IMG/VR virus record: IMGVR_UViG_3300006133_000004
Span: 20,370 to 84,369 of that record
DNA length: 64,000 bases
From: a virus
Lineage: Duplodnaviria > Caudoviricetes
Reading direction: 5' to 3' (one strand)
In this document: piece after piece, positions 27,972 through 37,978 of the stretch
How the letters are laid out: every line of letters begins with the position of its first letter
Position numbering within the stretch: the first letter of the stretch is position 1
Position numbers and translations under genes: made by a program
The notes under the pieces: generated by a model
The model's database searches: none
The model's input: the letters and a program-made list of their open reading frames with translations, nothing else
What the model was told of the DNA's origin: nothing

Positions 27972-28997
27972 ATGAAACCGTTTTGGCAGAGATCGCCCAA
28001 GAAAAGTAAGAAGAAAAAGCGAAAGCCCAAGGCTGCACCACAAGGAAAAGCTTTGCAGACAATTCCTAAATCAAAACCGACGCCTTGGGTTCCGCCACAT
28101 CCGGTAATACCGAGCTCGCCCTCAATAGAGGGTAAATTTCTCGCAAAACCGTCCGTAACATATCAGGTGCCGGCTGTCCAGGAGGTTAAAGAGGACACAC
28201 CGAGCCCATCTTCTCCAAAGTCAAAGGTGATTCATCATAGAAATGAGCATATACGAAAAGAGTTCATGAAAACATTTCAGAGCCTTACTAATCGTTGGCG
28301 GTCCTGGGATATTTGGACCGACTTCATTACTATGACAGCTTGCGCTATTTCCAACTCAGTAGACAAGCTTCACTTTGACGAGCGGGAAAAGACGTATCTC
28401 CGAATCATCAATAAGTATAACAAGCAGGAACGGAAACTCTTTCCACAACTATTTACCTATGTGGTGCTCGCTTTGGAAGAAAATCCTGACCAAGACTTCC
28501 TTGGCGATATTTACACCGAACTTGGCTTGAATAGCAAGGAACACAGACAGATATTTACACCGTACAATGTCTGTTACTTCATGGCCGAGGTTACGATTGG
28601 CGATCTCGCAAAGCAGGTTGAAGAAAAAGGCGTCGTTGAGATTCATGACTGCTGTTGTGGAGCTGGAGCAACACTCATTGCTGCTGTAAATGTAGCAAAA
28701 GAAAAGCTTTATGAAACCGACTTCAACTACCAGAATCATATTTTGGTTACCGGCCAAGACATCGACTACCTCGTTACCATGATGTGCTACATCCAGCTCT
28801 CACTTCTCGGCGTGGCCGGATATTTTAAGGTGGGCAACGCCCTTACTGAGCCGATGACAGACCATGATGATTTAAGTACCTATTGGTTCACACCGATGTA
28901 TTTCTTCCCTGTTTGGCATTACCGGAGAATTTGGCATAGCATAGACAAGTTGTTTGAACCAAATAAGAGCGACGACGTTGAAACCAAAGGAGAATGA
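27972..28997 (+). CDS. N-6 DNA methylase-like protein (type I M-like, truncated)
   Basis: DFLGDIY...QIFTPYNV...HDCCCGAG SAM-binding motif; no NPPY/DPPY seen. Confidence 0.65.
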   Translation: MKPFWQRSPKKSKKKKRKPKAAPQGKALQTIPKSKPTPWVPPHPVIPSSPSIEGKFLAKPSVTYQVPAVQEVKEDTPSPSSPKSKVIHHRNEHIRKEFMKTFQSLTNRWRSWDIWTDFITMTACAISNSVDKLHFDEREKTYLRIINKYNKQERKLFPQLFTYVVLALEENPDQDFLGDIYTELGLNSKEHRQIFTPYNVCYFMAEVTIGDLAKQVEEKGVVEIHDCCCGAGATLIAAVNVAKEKLYETDFNYQNHILVTGQDIDYLVTMMCYIQLSLLGVAGYFKVGNALTEPMTDHDDLSTYWFTPMYFFPVWHYRRIWHSIDKLFEPNKSDDVETKGE

Positions 28998-29001
28998 ATC
29001 C

Positions 29002-29205
29002 ATGCAGGCTTTTACAAAAACCGAAATCTCATGGTTAATTATTGAGCTCGATAAGCAGGCTGCAATTCTCAATTTGGATGCCAAAGACCCTATCAATAAA
29101 AGCATTTCTGAAACTTATCGGCTCAGATCGGAACAGTACGCTGATATTTCTCGGCGACTTCGCCTGGCCCTTAAAGAGGGCAGTAAACGAATTGAAATCA
29201 AGTAA
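29002..29205 (+). CDS. Hypothetical protein
   Basis: RBS AAAGGAG. Confidence 0.5.
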   Translation: MQAFTKTEISWLIIELDKQAAILNLDAKDPINKSISETYRLRSEQYADISRRLRLALKEGSKRIEIK

Positions 29206-29264
29206 ATCTGTTATTAAGCAGCTAATCAGAGCTGCTTATATTTTTGAAAGGAGAAAAAACAACT

Positions 29265-29780
29265 ATGAGCACTAACCATATGCCTCCCCTTGAAGTGATC
29301 GAGCAGGGGTTGAAGGACGACGATTGCGATGTCCGGGCTGCGGCCATGAACGCCTGCCAGGGCCGGGAGGTGCCCCTTGAAGTGATCGAGCAGGGGTTGA
29401 AGGACGACGATTGTGATGTCCGGGCTGCGGCCATGAACGCCTGCAAAGTAAACAATATGCCGATTCCGGTGATTCGGACGATTGAACCGCCCAAGCTGGT
29501 CTACAAGAAGTGCGTCGGCGGCATTATTGTTGTTGCCTCTATTCCCCAGGACGCCCAGGTTCGTGGCAGTATCGGTCACAAGTGCCGGGCCAGCAAAGCA
29601 GTCATCAAAGAAATCATCGGTGATCTCTGCGGAGAGCGAGTCGGGATTTCTAAGTATGACCTGAGGACTCTTTACTATGCTGGGGACGAGGTTGAAATCG
29701 ACAACTTCGATTTCAGTAATGAGGAATGCTCCACCGGCTTCCACTTCTTCTGCACAATCGAAGAGGCCCGGAACTACTAA
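29265..29780 (+). CDS. HEAT-repeat plus DUF5758-like domain protein
   Basis: Two PLEVIEQGLKDDDCDVRAAAMNAC repeats; KCRASKA...ECSTGFHFF. Confidence 0.65.
   Translation: MSTNHMPPLEVIEQGLKDDDCDVRAAAMNACQGREVPLEVIEQGLKDDDCDVRAAAMNACKVNNMPIPVIRTIEPPKLVYKKCVGGIIVVASIPQDAQVRGSIGHKCRASKAVIKEIIGDLCGERVGISKYDLRTLYYAGDEVEIDNFDFSNEECSTGFHFFCTIEEARNY
29286..29444 (+). repeat. 72-bp in-frame direct repeat, period 87 bp
   Basis: 29286-29357 vs 29373-29444 differ by one base. Confidence 0.9.
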
Positions 29781-29793
29781 GCATTAGGAGGGG

Positions 29794-30248
29794 ATTCAAA
29801 TTTTAAGTCAGGCACTATTCTCTACGGGCAAGAATGACTGGGCAACTCCGCAGGAACTCTTTAACGAGCTCGATGCGGAGTTTCATTTTACGCTCGATCC
29901 TTGTGCAACTCCGGAAACGGCAAAATGCGCAAAATTTTACACGGAAGAAGACAACGGTCTTGCCCAAGATTGGACTGGAGAGACAGTGTTCTGCAACCCT
30001 CCCTACTCTGACCAGCAGCAAACCGAATGGGTTAAAAAATGCTATGAACATGGAGTTCGGGGGGGGTAGCAGTTATGCTGATACCAGCCAGAACCGATAC
30101 GAAACGTTTTCACGAATACATTTATGGAAATGCAGAGATACGGTTCATCAAAGGCCGGTTGAAGTTCGGCGGGTGTGAAAACTCTGCACCCTTCCCCTCC
30201 ATGATCGTTGTGTTTGGAAAAGATCCTATTGAAAGGAGGACGCGGCCA
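29794..30248 (+). pseudogene. Phage N6-adenine methyltransferase (Dam-like), frameshifted at G8 tract 30059-30066
   Basis: DWATPQ...LDPCA...VFCNPPYS in frame 1, ending TAG right after the G-tract; VMLIPARTDT...RFIKGRLKF...APFPSM in frame 2; no ATG start. Confidence 0.75.
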
Positions 30249-31490
30249 ATGGGGCGCATCAATCTCCGTGACTACCAGCTTGACGCTATTAAGCGGATGA
30301 AAAATGGATGCATCCTGTGTGGCGGTGTCGGAAGCGGTAAATCACGCACTTCCCTTGCATACTATTACGATTTGCAAGGCGGCGATCTTCTTGCGCCAGA
30401 TGAAGTCGCTATGAAGAACCCGCAAAACCTCTATATCATTACGACCGCTCGGAAACGGGACACCTGCGAGTGGGAGGGGGAACTGGCTCCGTTCCTCCTC
30501 TCTACTCATCCTGACTGCAACTACTACAAGAATACGGTAGTTGTGGATTCATGGAACAACATTGGAAAATACACGGATGTCAAAGATGCATTCTTTATAT
30601 TTGATGAACAGCGGGTAGTTGGTTATGGTGCTTGGACAAAAGCTTTCCTCAAGATTGCCAAGGCCAATAACTGGATTCTGCTATCCGCTACTCCCGGGGA
30701 CACTTGGCAGGACTACATTCCAGTCTTCATCGCCAATGGGTTCTATCGCAACAAGACTGATTTCGTTGACCAGCATGTCAACTATGACTGGCGAGCCAAA
30801 TACCCGAAGATCGATAGCTATCGGAACACAGGACGTCTGATCCGGCTTCGCAACAGTATTCTCGTAAACATGGACTTTAAGCGGCAGACTATTTCTCATC
30901 ATGAGGACATCCCCGTCCCGTATGATATTTCCAAGTATAAGGACATCATGCGGAAACGTTGGAATCCATGGGAAGATCGGCCAATCGAAACGGCAGCGGA
31001 GTTGTGTATGGCTCTTCGGCGAGTCGTCAATTCCGATGAAGCTCGTTCAGTTGCGACGCTTGAAATCTTGGAAGACCACCCCAAGGCCATTATCTTTTAC
31101 AGCTATGACTATGAGCTGGAGATTCTTCGCTCCCTTGGATATTCGGAGGGTACGGAGATAGCGGAGTGGAACGGTCATAAGCATCAGGAGATCCCGACAA
31201 GCGACAAATGGGTCTATCTTGTCCAGTACACGGCTGGCTGCGAAGGGTGGAACTGCATCACAACCGATACCATTATATTCTACTCCCAGCAGTATTCGTA
31301 CAAGGTGGCGACGCAAGCAGCCGGACGAATTGACCGACTCAACACCCCATACCAAGATTTGCACTACTACCATCTGAAGAGTTTCTCTGGAATCGACCTC
31401 GCTATCAGCAAAGCCCTTAAACAGAAGAAGAACTTCAACGAGGGTAAGTTTGTTGGCTGGGCCACCAAGCCGATGCCAAGAGCCGCATAA
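30249..31490 (+). CDS. SF2 (DEAD/SNF2-like) helicase
   Basis: LRDYQ, GGVGSGKS, FDEQ, LSATPG; own RBS GAAAGGAGG. Confidence 0.85.
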   Translation: MGRINLRDYQLDAIKRMKNGCILCGGVGSGKSRTSLAYYYDLQGGDLLAPDEVAMKNPQNLYIITTARKRDTCEWEGELAPFLLSTHPDCNYYKNTVVVDSWNNIGKYTDVKDAFFIFDEQRVVGYGAWTKAFLKIAKANNWILLSATPGDTWQDYIPVFIANGFYRNKTDFVDQHVNYDWRAKYPKIDSYRNTGRLIRLRNSILVNMDFKRQTISHHEDIPVPYDISKYKDIMRKRWNPWEDRPIETAAELCMALRRVVNSDEARSVATLEILEDHPKAIIFYSYDYELEILRSLGYSEGTEIAEWNGHKHQEIPTSDKWVYLVQYTAGCEGWNCITTDTIIFYSQQYSYKVATQAAGRIDRLNTPYQDLHYYHLKSFSGIDLAISKALKQKKNFNEGKFVGWATKPMPRAA

Positions 31491-31510
31491 TTTGCAAGTC
31501 CTATTACGGA
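31484..31510 (+). promoter_or_regulatory. Phage motif copy 22
   Basis: cgcataatttgcaagtcctattacgga. Confidence 0.7.
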
Positions 31511-31563
31511 GGAGATGCTACATAGCGTCTTCTTTTATATTTTATGAAAGGAGGCGAAATGCC

Positions 31564-32862
31564 TTGCAACAGCAGCCTGACCTTGAAGTCAAGGCGTTCT
31601 TTGACACTTTGTCTGGCACAGCATCTATCAAGGCAAAAAAGCAGCTCCTCGCCGAGAAGCGGAATGATGGAAATGTCAAGAAATTTCTGGACTATCTGCT
31701 GAACCCGTTCTTTGTTACGGGTATCTCTGAGAAGAAAATTGGCAAATCGGTGACAAAAGCGCCGACTATCCAATTTACCTCATTCCACGAGCTGATGCCC
31801 TACATCCGGGAGAACCACACAGCCTCGGATGATATTTTGGCAAATGTTCAAGCATTCTTGGAGGGTACGGAGGACGAACTGCGGTCGTTCTACATGGGCA
31901 TTATCACCAAGACCATTCGGATTGGGTGTGATGTCAAGACTGTAAACGACGCATTTAGGTTCGAGCTCATTCCTCAATGGGAAGTGCAGCAGGCTTATCA
32001 GATCGGCAAGCTGAAAATGAATGAGAACGAGTGGTTCAGTTTGAGTCAAAAGCTCAATGGCGTTCGCGGTACCTACTTTGAGGAAAAGCTCATCAGCCGG
32101 CAGGGAAAAGAGTTCAATGGACTGGAGCATATCCTGGCAGACATCCAAAACCTTATCCCGGATTGTGAGAATTGGGTACTTGACGGAGAGCTGATTCGCA
32201 AGAACATCGACCATGTCTCTGATAACGAGAACTTTCGGCTGACTACCGGAATCGTCAATCAGGAAGATGGCGATAAGAGTCTGATTCAAATGGTGATCTT
32301 TGATATTTTGCCGAAGTCCGAGTTCCTCTACGGCGAGAGCAAATTGCGATATCGAGATCGCCTTGAACAGCTAAAGAAGTTGAAACGGCAGATACGGAGA
32401 CTGGGTCTGTCTGCTCTTCGTGTTGTGGATATTCTCTATACCGGAACCGATATGTCCATGATTTCGCCGTATCTGGACCGCATGATTGCCGAAGGCAAAG
32501 AGGGCATGATGCTGAACCGTAACTGTAAATACTTCAGAAGACGTCACAATGGCATTCTGAAAGTGAAGCAGTTCTATACGGTAGATCTTGAGGTCGTAGA
32601 CCTTGAAGAGGGGACGGGGCGACTGACCGGAACTTTGGGGGCATTCGTTGTGCGCTACAAAGGTAACTACCTACGGGTCGGCTCTGGCATGACCGATGAG
32701 CAGCGGAAGCTGTTCTGGAGCGACGGTATCAGTTTGATCGGGCGTGTCATTGAAGTCAAGTATAAGGACGAAAGCCTTGACAAACGAACAGGTCTTTACA
32801 GCCTGCAATTTCCGATCTTTGTCCAACTCCGTGAACTCGGAAAACAAGAAAGCTACGACTGA
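31564..32862 (+). CDS. ATP-dependent DNA ligase
   Basis: SQKLNGVR (motif I), LDGEL, IFDIL, EGMML, LKVK, RVGSGM, FPIF; TTG start after GAAAGGAGG. Confidence 0.88.
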   Translation: MQQQPDLEVKAFFDTLSGTASIKAKKQLLAEKRNDGNVKKFLDYLLNPFFVTGISEKKIGKSVTKAPTIQFTSFHELMPYIRENHTASDDILANVQAFLEGTEDELRSFYMGIITKTIRIGCDVKTVNDAFRFELIPQWEVQQAYQIGKLKMNENEWFSLSQKLNGVRGTYFEEKLISRQGKEFNGLEHILADIQNLIPDCENWVLDGELIRKNIDHVSDNENFRLTTGIVNQEDGDKSLIQMVIFDILPKSEFLYGESKLRYRDRLEQLKKLKRQIRRLGLSALRVVDILYTGTDMSMISPYLDRMIAEGKEGMMLNRNCKYFRRRHNGILKVKQFYTVDLEVVDLEEGTGRLTGTLGAFVVRYKGNYLRVGSGMTDEQRKLFWSDGISLIGRVIEVKYKDESLDKRTGLYSLQFPIFVQLRELGKQESYD

Positions 32863-33441
32863 TATTTTAGGAAAGGAGCCGAAATGAGCTGTTGGACTTA
32901 TGTAACGGGCGTCATCGAAGTCGATACTTGTGCCAGGAGTGATGCGGAAGCCATGTATCTCGCTCAAACTGTCGTCAACCATCTGCCACATCGTCCTTTC
33001 TGAGGATGAGTTAAGTCAACTTCTCAAAACGGGTCATGTAACTATACACATGTCTCGTGTTCCTTGTACCACAAGCAGATTGGTCTTTAATGACGACGAA
33101 GGAAAAATGGAAATCCACGTCAATGAACCTGTCGCCGACATTGAAGCCGGTGACCACAATGTACAATTCTTGTGTATCAACATTGAGAGAAAGACGGGAA
33201 GTGATATCGATGGCTCAGAAAAGAATCAGAATGGTACGGACGGACATCTTGAACTGTAAAGTCCGACTTCTCTATGATGACGGCAGTCAAGGTGAGCTCG
33301 ACATGACGAAGGCGAAAGTTTCTACGAGCGAGGCCGCCTTTGTAGTCGGCATGACTTTGAAGAAAGCCAAGATACGGCTCGGTATCAAGAGTTGACAGCT
33401 TTGGGCCGAACATTATATTCTGTCAGATGGGAGGTGAAAAA

Positions 33442-34227
33442 ATGATCGGTGCAATTATCGGCGACATCGTTGGTTCTCGGTTCGAGCGGGCAAACTGCAA
33501 ATCTACTAAATTCGAGCTGTTTACAAAAAGATGTTCATTTACTGATGACACCGTGATGACGCTTGCGATTGCAAAAGCGCTGCTTGAAAGCGACAATGAT
33601 TGGAGCAGACTGAGAGAAAATGCCGTGAAGTGTATGCAGGAAATCGGTAGGAGGTACCCAAACTGCGGATACGGTCAGATGTTCTATCTGTGGCTCCATA
33701 AGCGAACCCCAAAGCCCTATAACAGCTTCGGAAATGGGGCGGCCATGAGAGTAAGTCCGGTAGCATATGTGGCTGAAACAATAGAGCAATGCATCAAGCT
33801 TTCCGACATAGTCACCGGAGTTAGTCACAACCATCCGGAAGGATTAAAAGGCGCTCAGGCTGCCGCAGTTGCAACCTGGGCTGCATTGCAGGAAATGCCG
33901 AAACAGGAAATTCGAGAGTTGATCGAAGATCGCTTTTACGACCTGAACTTCACGATTGATGAGATACGCCCGAAGTACCGTTTCGATGCATCCTGCCAAG
34001 GCAGTGTACCACAAGCAATTAAAGCGTTCCTGGAATCCGACGACTTTGAGAGCGCGATACGACTTGCTGTCTCTATTGGTGGCGATAGCGACACGATTGC
34101 AGCCATTGCGGGAGGAATCGCAGAGGCATACTACGGTATCCCGGAACATATCAAAATGCAGGCCATAAAATATTTGACAGAAGATCTACGCGATATCATG
34201 GTCGAGTTTGAAGTGGCCTACTATTAA
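33442..34227 (+). CDS. ADP-ribosylglycohydrolase (ARH/DraG family)
   Basis: GAIIGDIVGS, FTDDT, SFGNGAAMR, GGDSDT. Confidence 0.9.
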   Translation: MIGAIIGDIVGSRFERANCKSTKFELFTKRCSFTDDTVMTLAIAKALLESDNDWSRLRENAVKCMQEIGRRYPNCGYGQMFYLWLHKRTPKPYNSFGNGAAMRVSPVAYVAETIEQCIKLSDIVTGVSHNHPEGLKGAQAAAVATWAALQEMPKQEIRELIEDRFYDLNFTIDEIRPKYRFDASCQGSVPQAIKAFLESDDFESAIRLAVSIGGDSDTIAAIAGGIAEAYYGIPEHIKMQAIKYLTEDLRDIMVEFEVAYY

Positions 34228-34296
34228 ACTGAATGAAACGAGGGTTTCTCTACTTTGAGGAGCCTTCGTTTTATATTTTGAAAGGAGAAAATTTTT

Positions 34297-36342
34297 ATGG
34301 AATTCAACAAGTTCAAGAAAGCGATTCAAGATCATTTCGCAAAACTGAGCGAGACTGCCGACCATGTCTACGAGGTGGAAGTGGACAAGGATGCGCTGTG
34401 GAACCTGTACTTGGACAGCTTCCCCGCTGGAACCAACGAAATCTATCGGGAGCGCCGCGAGTACGATTGCAGCTGCTGCCGGCAGTTCATCCGGGCCATC
34501 GGCAACGCGGTGTTCATCAAGGACGCCATTATCCACACTATTTGGGAGCTTACCGATCTCGGCTCCACGTTCCAACCTGTGGCGGATGCGCTGGATGCCT
34601 ACATCAAGGCCCACGCGGTTACGGACGTTTATATTTCCAAGTTCGCAAAGATCGGCACCAACAAGAACCATGAGCAGCTCTCGGATGGCACTGTGAAGAC
34701 CTGGGAACATTTCTATCTGGAGCTCCCCTCCAAGTTCGTCGATAAGAGCCAGCGTTCTGTCGGCGACCTCAAAGGCCCTTTCCGGGATACCAAGAACGTC
34801 TTCAAGCGGTCTTTGGAGGAGATTACGGATGATGCTGTTGATACCGTGCTGGAGCTGATCGGCCAGAAATCCCTGTATAAAGGCGAGGAATGGCAGCACG
34901 CCTTGGAGGAATTCAAGAAGTACAAGGCTATGTATGCTGCAACGCCGGAGGAACTCCGGGACAACTTTACCTGGGAGCAGTCCATGAACGCCGGTATGGC
35001 AGTCGGTCGAATCCGCAACCACAGCATGGGTACTCTCCTGGTCAATATCAGCCAGGGGATGGAACTGGATGAGGCTGTTCACAAATACGAGGTCATCGTG
35101 GCCCCGACAAACTACAAGCGGCCCAAGGCAATTTACACAAAGAAAATGCTTGAGAATGCGAAGCAGACGATCTCCGACCTTGGATATTTGTCTTCCCTGG
35201 GGCGGCGCTTCGCTACTCTGGACGATATTACGGTGAACAACATCCTGTTTGCCAACCGCAATGCGGCGCAGCGCATCCGGAGCGGGACTGATATTTTCAG
35301 CGAGATGGAGCGGGACATCGCTGTTGACCCGAAGAAGTTCTCTCGGGTACAGGAGATCTCGATTGAGGGTTTCGTCAAAAGCGTACTCCCGACAGCTACC
35401 TCGGTGGAGACTTTGCTGGAGAATCGGCATGCGGCCAATATGGTCTCGCTGATTGCGCCTGCGGATAAAGATAGCAAAACCATGTTCAAGTGGGCTAATG
35501 GCTTCAGCTGGGCATACTCCGGCAACATCACTGACAGTGACATCCGCGAGAACGTGAAGATGGCCGGCGGCAAGGTAGATGGTATCCTCCGTTTCTCCAT
35601 TCAGTGGAACGACGAGGATTTCTGCCCGAATGACTATGATGCCCACTGTAGGCTTCCCGACGGCAGGGAGATTTACTTCCATGAAAGGCTGGATCGAGTG
35701 ACCCTCGGTGAACTGGACATTGATATTATTCACCCGCAGAGGGGAACTCCCGCTGTCGAGAACATTGTATGGCCTTCCATGACCAACATGAAGCCGGGGA
35801 CTTATCTGATGTACGTCCACTGCTACACCAACAGCGGTGGTCGGAGCGGCTTCAAGGCTGAGGTGGAGTTCGATGGAACGATTCACTCCTTCGAGTATAA
35901 GAAGGAGCTTCGGCGGGACGAAATCGTCAAGGTAGCTGAGGTTACCTATGACCCGGCCACCGGCTTCACGATTAAGGATCTGATCCCCTCCTCTGTGTCC
36001 ACACGGGATATTTGGGGGCTCAAGAGCAACCAGTTCGTTCCCGTCTCTGTTGTCATGTATTCGCCCAACTACTGGGACGAGCAGGACGGCATCGGTCATC
36101 GGCACTACTTCTTCATGCTCAAGGACTGTGTCAATCCCGAGCGGCCCAATGGCTTCTACAACGAGTTCCTGAAGCCTGAGTTGGAGCAACACCGGCGAGT
36201 CTTTGAGGCTCTTGGAAGCAAAGCAGCGGTTCAGGATGTGGAAGATCAGCTCTCCGGGCTGGGCTTCTCTGCTACGAAGCGGAACAGCCTGTTGGTCAAG
36301 GTGAAAGGCGCCACTGAGCGCATTCTCAAAATCACATTTTAA
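34297..36342 (+). CDS. Large conserved phage hypothetical protein (681 aa)
   Basis: Long ORF with RBS GAAAGGAG; YDCSCCRQF; C-terminal RFSIQWN...DYDAHC...LDID...AVENI. Confidence 0.75.
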   Translation: MEFNKFKKAIQDHFAKLSETADHVYEVEVDKDALWNLYLDSFPAGTNEIYRERREYDCSCCRQFIRAIGNAVFIKDAIIHTIWELTDLGSTFQPVADALDAYIKAHAVTDVYISKFAKIGTNKNHEQLSDGTVKTWEHFYLELPSKFVDKSQRSVGDLKGPFRDTKNVFKRSLEEITDDAVDTVLELIGQKSLYKGEEWQHALEEFKKYKAMYAATPEELRDNFTWEQSMNAGMAVGRIRNHSMGTLLVNISQGMELDEAVHKYEVIVAPTNYKRPKAIYTKKMLENAKQTISDLGYLSSLGRRFATLDDITVNNILFANRNAAQRIRSGTDIFSEMERDIAVDPKKFSRVQEISIEGFVKSVLPTATSVETLLENRHAANMVSLIAPADKDSKTMFKWANGFSWAYSGNITDSDIRENVKMAGGKVDGILRFSIQWNDEDFCPNDYDAHCRLPDGREIYFHERLDRVTLGELDIDIIHPQRGTPAVENIVWPSMTNMKPGTYLMYVHCYTNSGGRSGFKAEVEFDGTIHSFEYKKELRRDEIVKVAEVTYDPATGFTIKDLIPSSVSTRDIWGLKSNQFVPVSVVMYSPNYWDEQDGIGHRHYFFMLKDCVNPERPNGFYNEFLKPELEQHRRVFEALGSKAAVQDVEDQLSGLGFSATKRNSLLVKVKGATERILKITF

Positions 36343-36356
36343 GGAGGACATGTAAA

Positions 36357-36743
36357 ATGGATGCTAACAAAATGTTCGAGGTTGCGGTTCGCAACAAGTT
36401 CCGGTATCCCTACAAGGGCGTCATCGCCACCGAGGACCTCTGGGATCTGCCTGTCCAGCAGTTGGACGGCATCTTCAAGACGCTTAAGTCCCAGGAGAAG
36501 AAGGCGCAGGAGGAGAGCCTTCTGGACACCCGCACTCCGGAGGATGAGATCCTGACGGCTAAGATCGAGATCATCAAGTACATCGTCAACACCAAGCTGG
36601 AGGAGGCCAAGCAGGCCGAGCGCGCCAAGGAAGCGCACGACCAGAAGCAGAAAATCCTCGGCATCCTCGCTGAGAAGCAGGATGAGGATCTGCGCAACAA
36701 AACTCCTGAAGAGCTCATCGCCATGCTGAATCAGTTCGGCTAA
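36357..36743 (+). CDS. Coiled-coil partner of the 681-aa protein
   Basis: RBS AAGGAGG; KFRYPYKG...EDLWDL. Confidence 0.7.
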   Translation: MDANKMFEVAVRNKFRYPYKGVIATEDLWDLPVQQLDGIFKTLKSQEKKAQEESLLDTRTPEDEILTAKIEIIKYIVNTKLEEAKQAERAKEAHDQKQKILGILAEKQDEDLRNKTPEELIAMLNQFG

Positions 36744-36811
36744 GCGGCAACGGGAGGGCCTGCGGAAACGTAGGCTCTCCCAAATTATATTTTAGAAAGG
36801 AGAAAACTTCC

Positions 36812-37084
36812 ATGATCGATATTAAAGGATTGGACAAAGCTGAGGTTTTGAAAGCTTTGTATGATAGCTCCCATGTTCAGGGAATGGGTTTCCTTCAGAC
36901 TGTTCCGGAAGGAACAGTTACTGTACAGCACTGCCGCGAGTTGCTTAAGCATGGCACCTACTTCGACTACTTGTACGGACGGATTCTCAAGGTTGACCTC
37001 TCCGGCGATGAGTTCGACGAGCGGCTCTATGAGCGTGATAATGGCCGTGATTCGGCTGCCAGAGCCATTTCTTTCTTAAAGTAG
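36812..37084 (+). CDS. Hypothetical protein
   Basis: RBS GAAAGGAG. Confidence 0.6.
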   Translation: MIDIKGLDKAEVLKALYDSSHVQGMGFLQTVPEGTVTVQHCRELLKHGTYFDYLYGRILKVDLSGDEFDERLYERDNGRDSAARAISFLK

Positions 37085-37094
37085 GGAGGTCTAT

Positions 37095-37967
37095 ATGGAT
37101 ATTTTGATTGGAAAACGTCAGCAGGGCAAGACGACTCGCCTGATTGAATTGTCGGCCGCCGGCAAAGGTACCATCGTGGCCCCGACCGAGCAGAGCGCTG
37201 AATACATTAAGGAACAGGCCAAGGCGATGAAGCTGAACATTCCGGAGCCTATCAGTTGGAACCGATTGACCGAAATCGGCGGAGGTGGATATGGGGGCGG
37301 CCCCTACCTTCTCGATGAACTTGGTGGGGTTCTCGGTTGGCTCAACATTAAAACCGCAACTCTCGGCGACGAGAGTTGCATCGAGTATCTGAGCGGAGGG
37401 CCGCTGCACTACGGGGATGAACTGACTGCAAAAATCCGGGAAAACACAAAGGATCTCAGCAAACTTTCCGATTTTGACAAGTTCGTCCTCAATAACGGTT
37501 ATCGGTATGAGACTCAGGAGGCATTGCAAGCCGGATACGAGCGGCACTGGAAAGCGGCCCATGATATTTTGGTGTCCATGGATGAGTTCCTGGCTGAAGC
37601 CGAAAAGAAACAAAGTGATCCGGCCGCAGATGTATATGAGATACTCACAGGCCTCGTTGAAACGAAGAAACTCCGCCCAGGTGAAGTTCTTAACTATGCG
37701 CACTTCCACTGGTGTCTTGATACCCCGGAAGCGATTGTTGCCTGGCAGACCGGACGGGATAAATGGACTGTAAACAACTGCGACACCGAGATAACTGAGG
37801 AAGCAGCTCTTATCAAAATCTGTGAGGAATGGGGATTTGAGACCGGGCGGACTCATATCATCGGCACGCCCTACTATGACGCGACCGATTATCAGTTCAT
37901 CCGCTTCAACTGCGCTCATATGGCTTGGCTCTGGCAGAACGGCAATCTCCTTCAGGTGTACTGCTAA
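37095..37967 (+). CDS. Hypothetical protein with N-terminal P-loop-like motif
   Basis: ILIGKRQQGKTT; RBS GGGAGG. Confidence 0.55.
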   Translation: MDILIGKRQQGKTTRLIELSAAGKGTIVAPTEQSAEYIKEQAKAMKLNIPEPISWNRLTEIGGGGYGGGPYLLDELGGVLGWLNIKTATLGDESCIEYLSGGPLHYGDELTAKIRENTKDLSKLSDFDKFVLNNGYRYETQEALQAGYERHWKAAHDILVSMDEFLAEAEKKQSDPAADVYEILTGLVETKKLRPGEVLNYAHFHWCLDTPEAIVAWQTGRDKWTVNNCDTEITEEAALIKICEEWGFETGRTHIIGTPYYDATDYQFIRFNCAHMAWLWQNGNLLQVYC

Positions 37968-37978
37968 GAGGTGGCTTG

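Noticed and set aside
32884-33395. Short overlapping ORF fragments after the ligase
   Set aside because: Mosaic or degenerate pieces with no consistent frame or recognisable domain
34186-36351. 721-aa minus-strand ORF (also 18131-19285, 24229-25137, 38759-39943, 49260-50576, 60416-62386, 62435-63727)
   Set aside because: Antisense shadows of GC3-rich + strand genes that have clear RBSs and family motifs; no RBS or domain signal of their own
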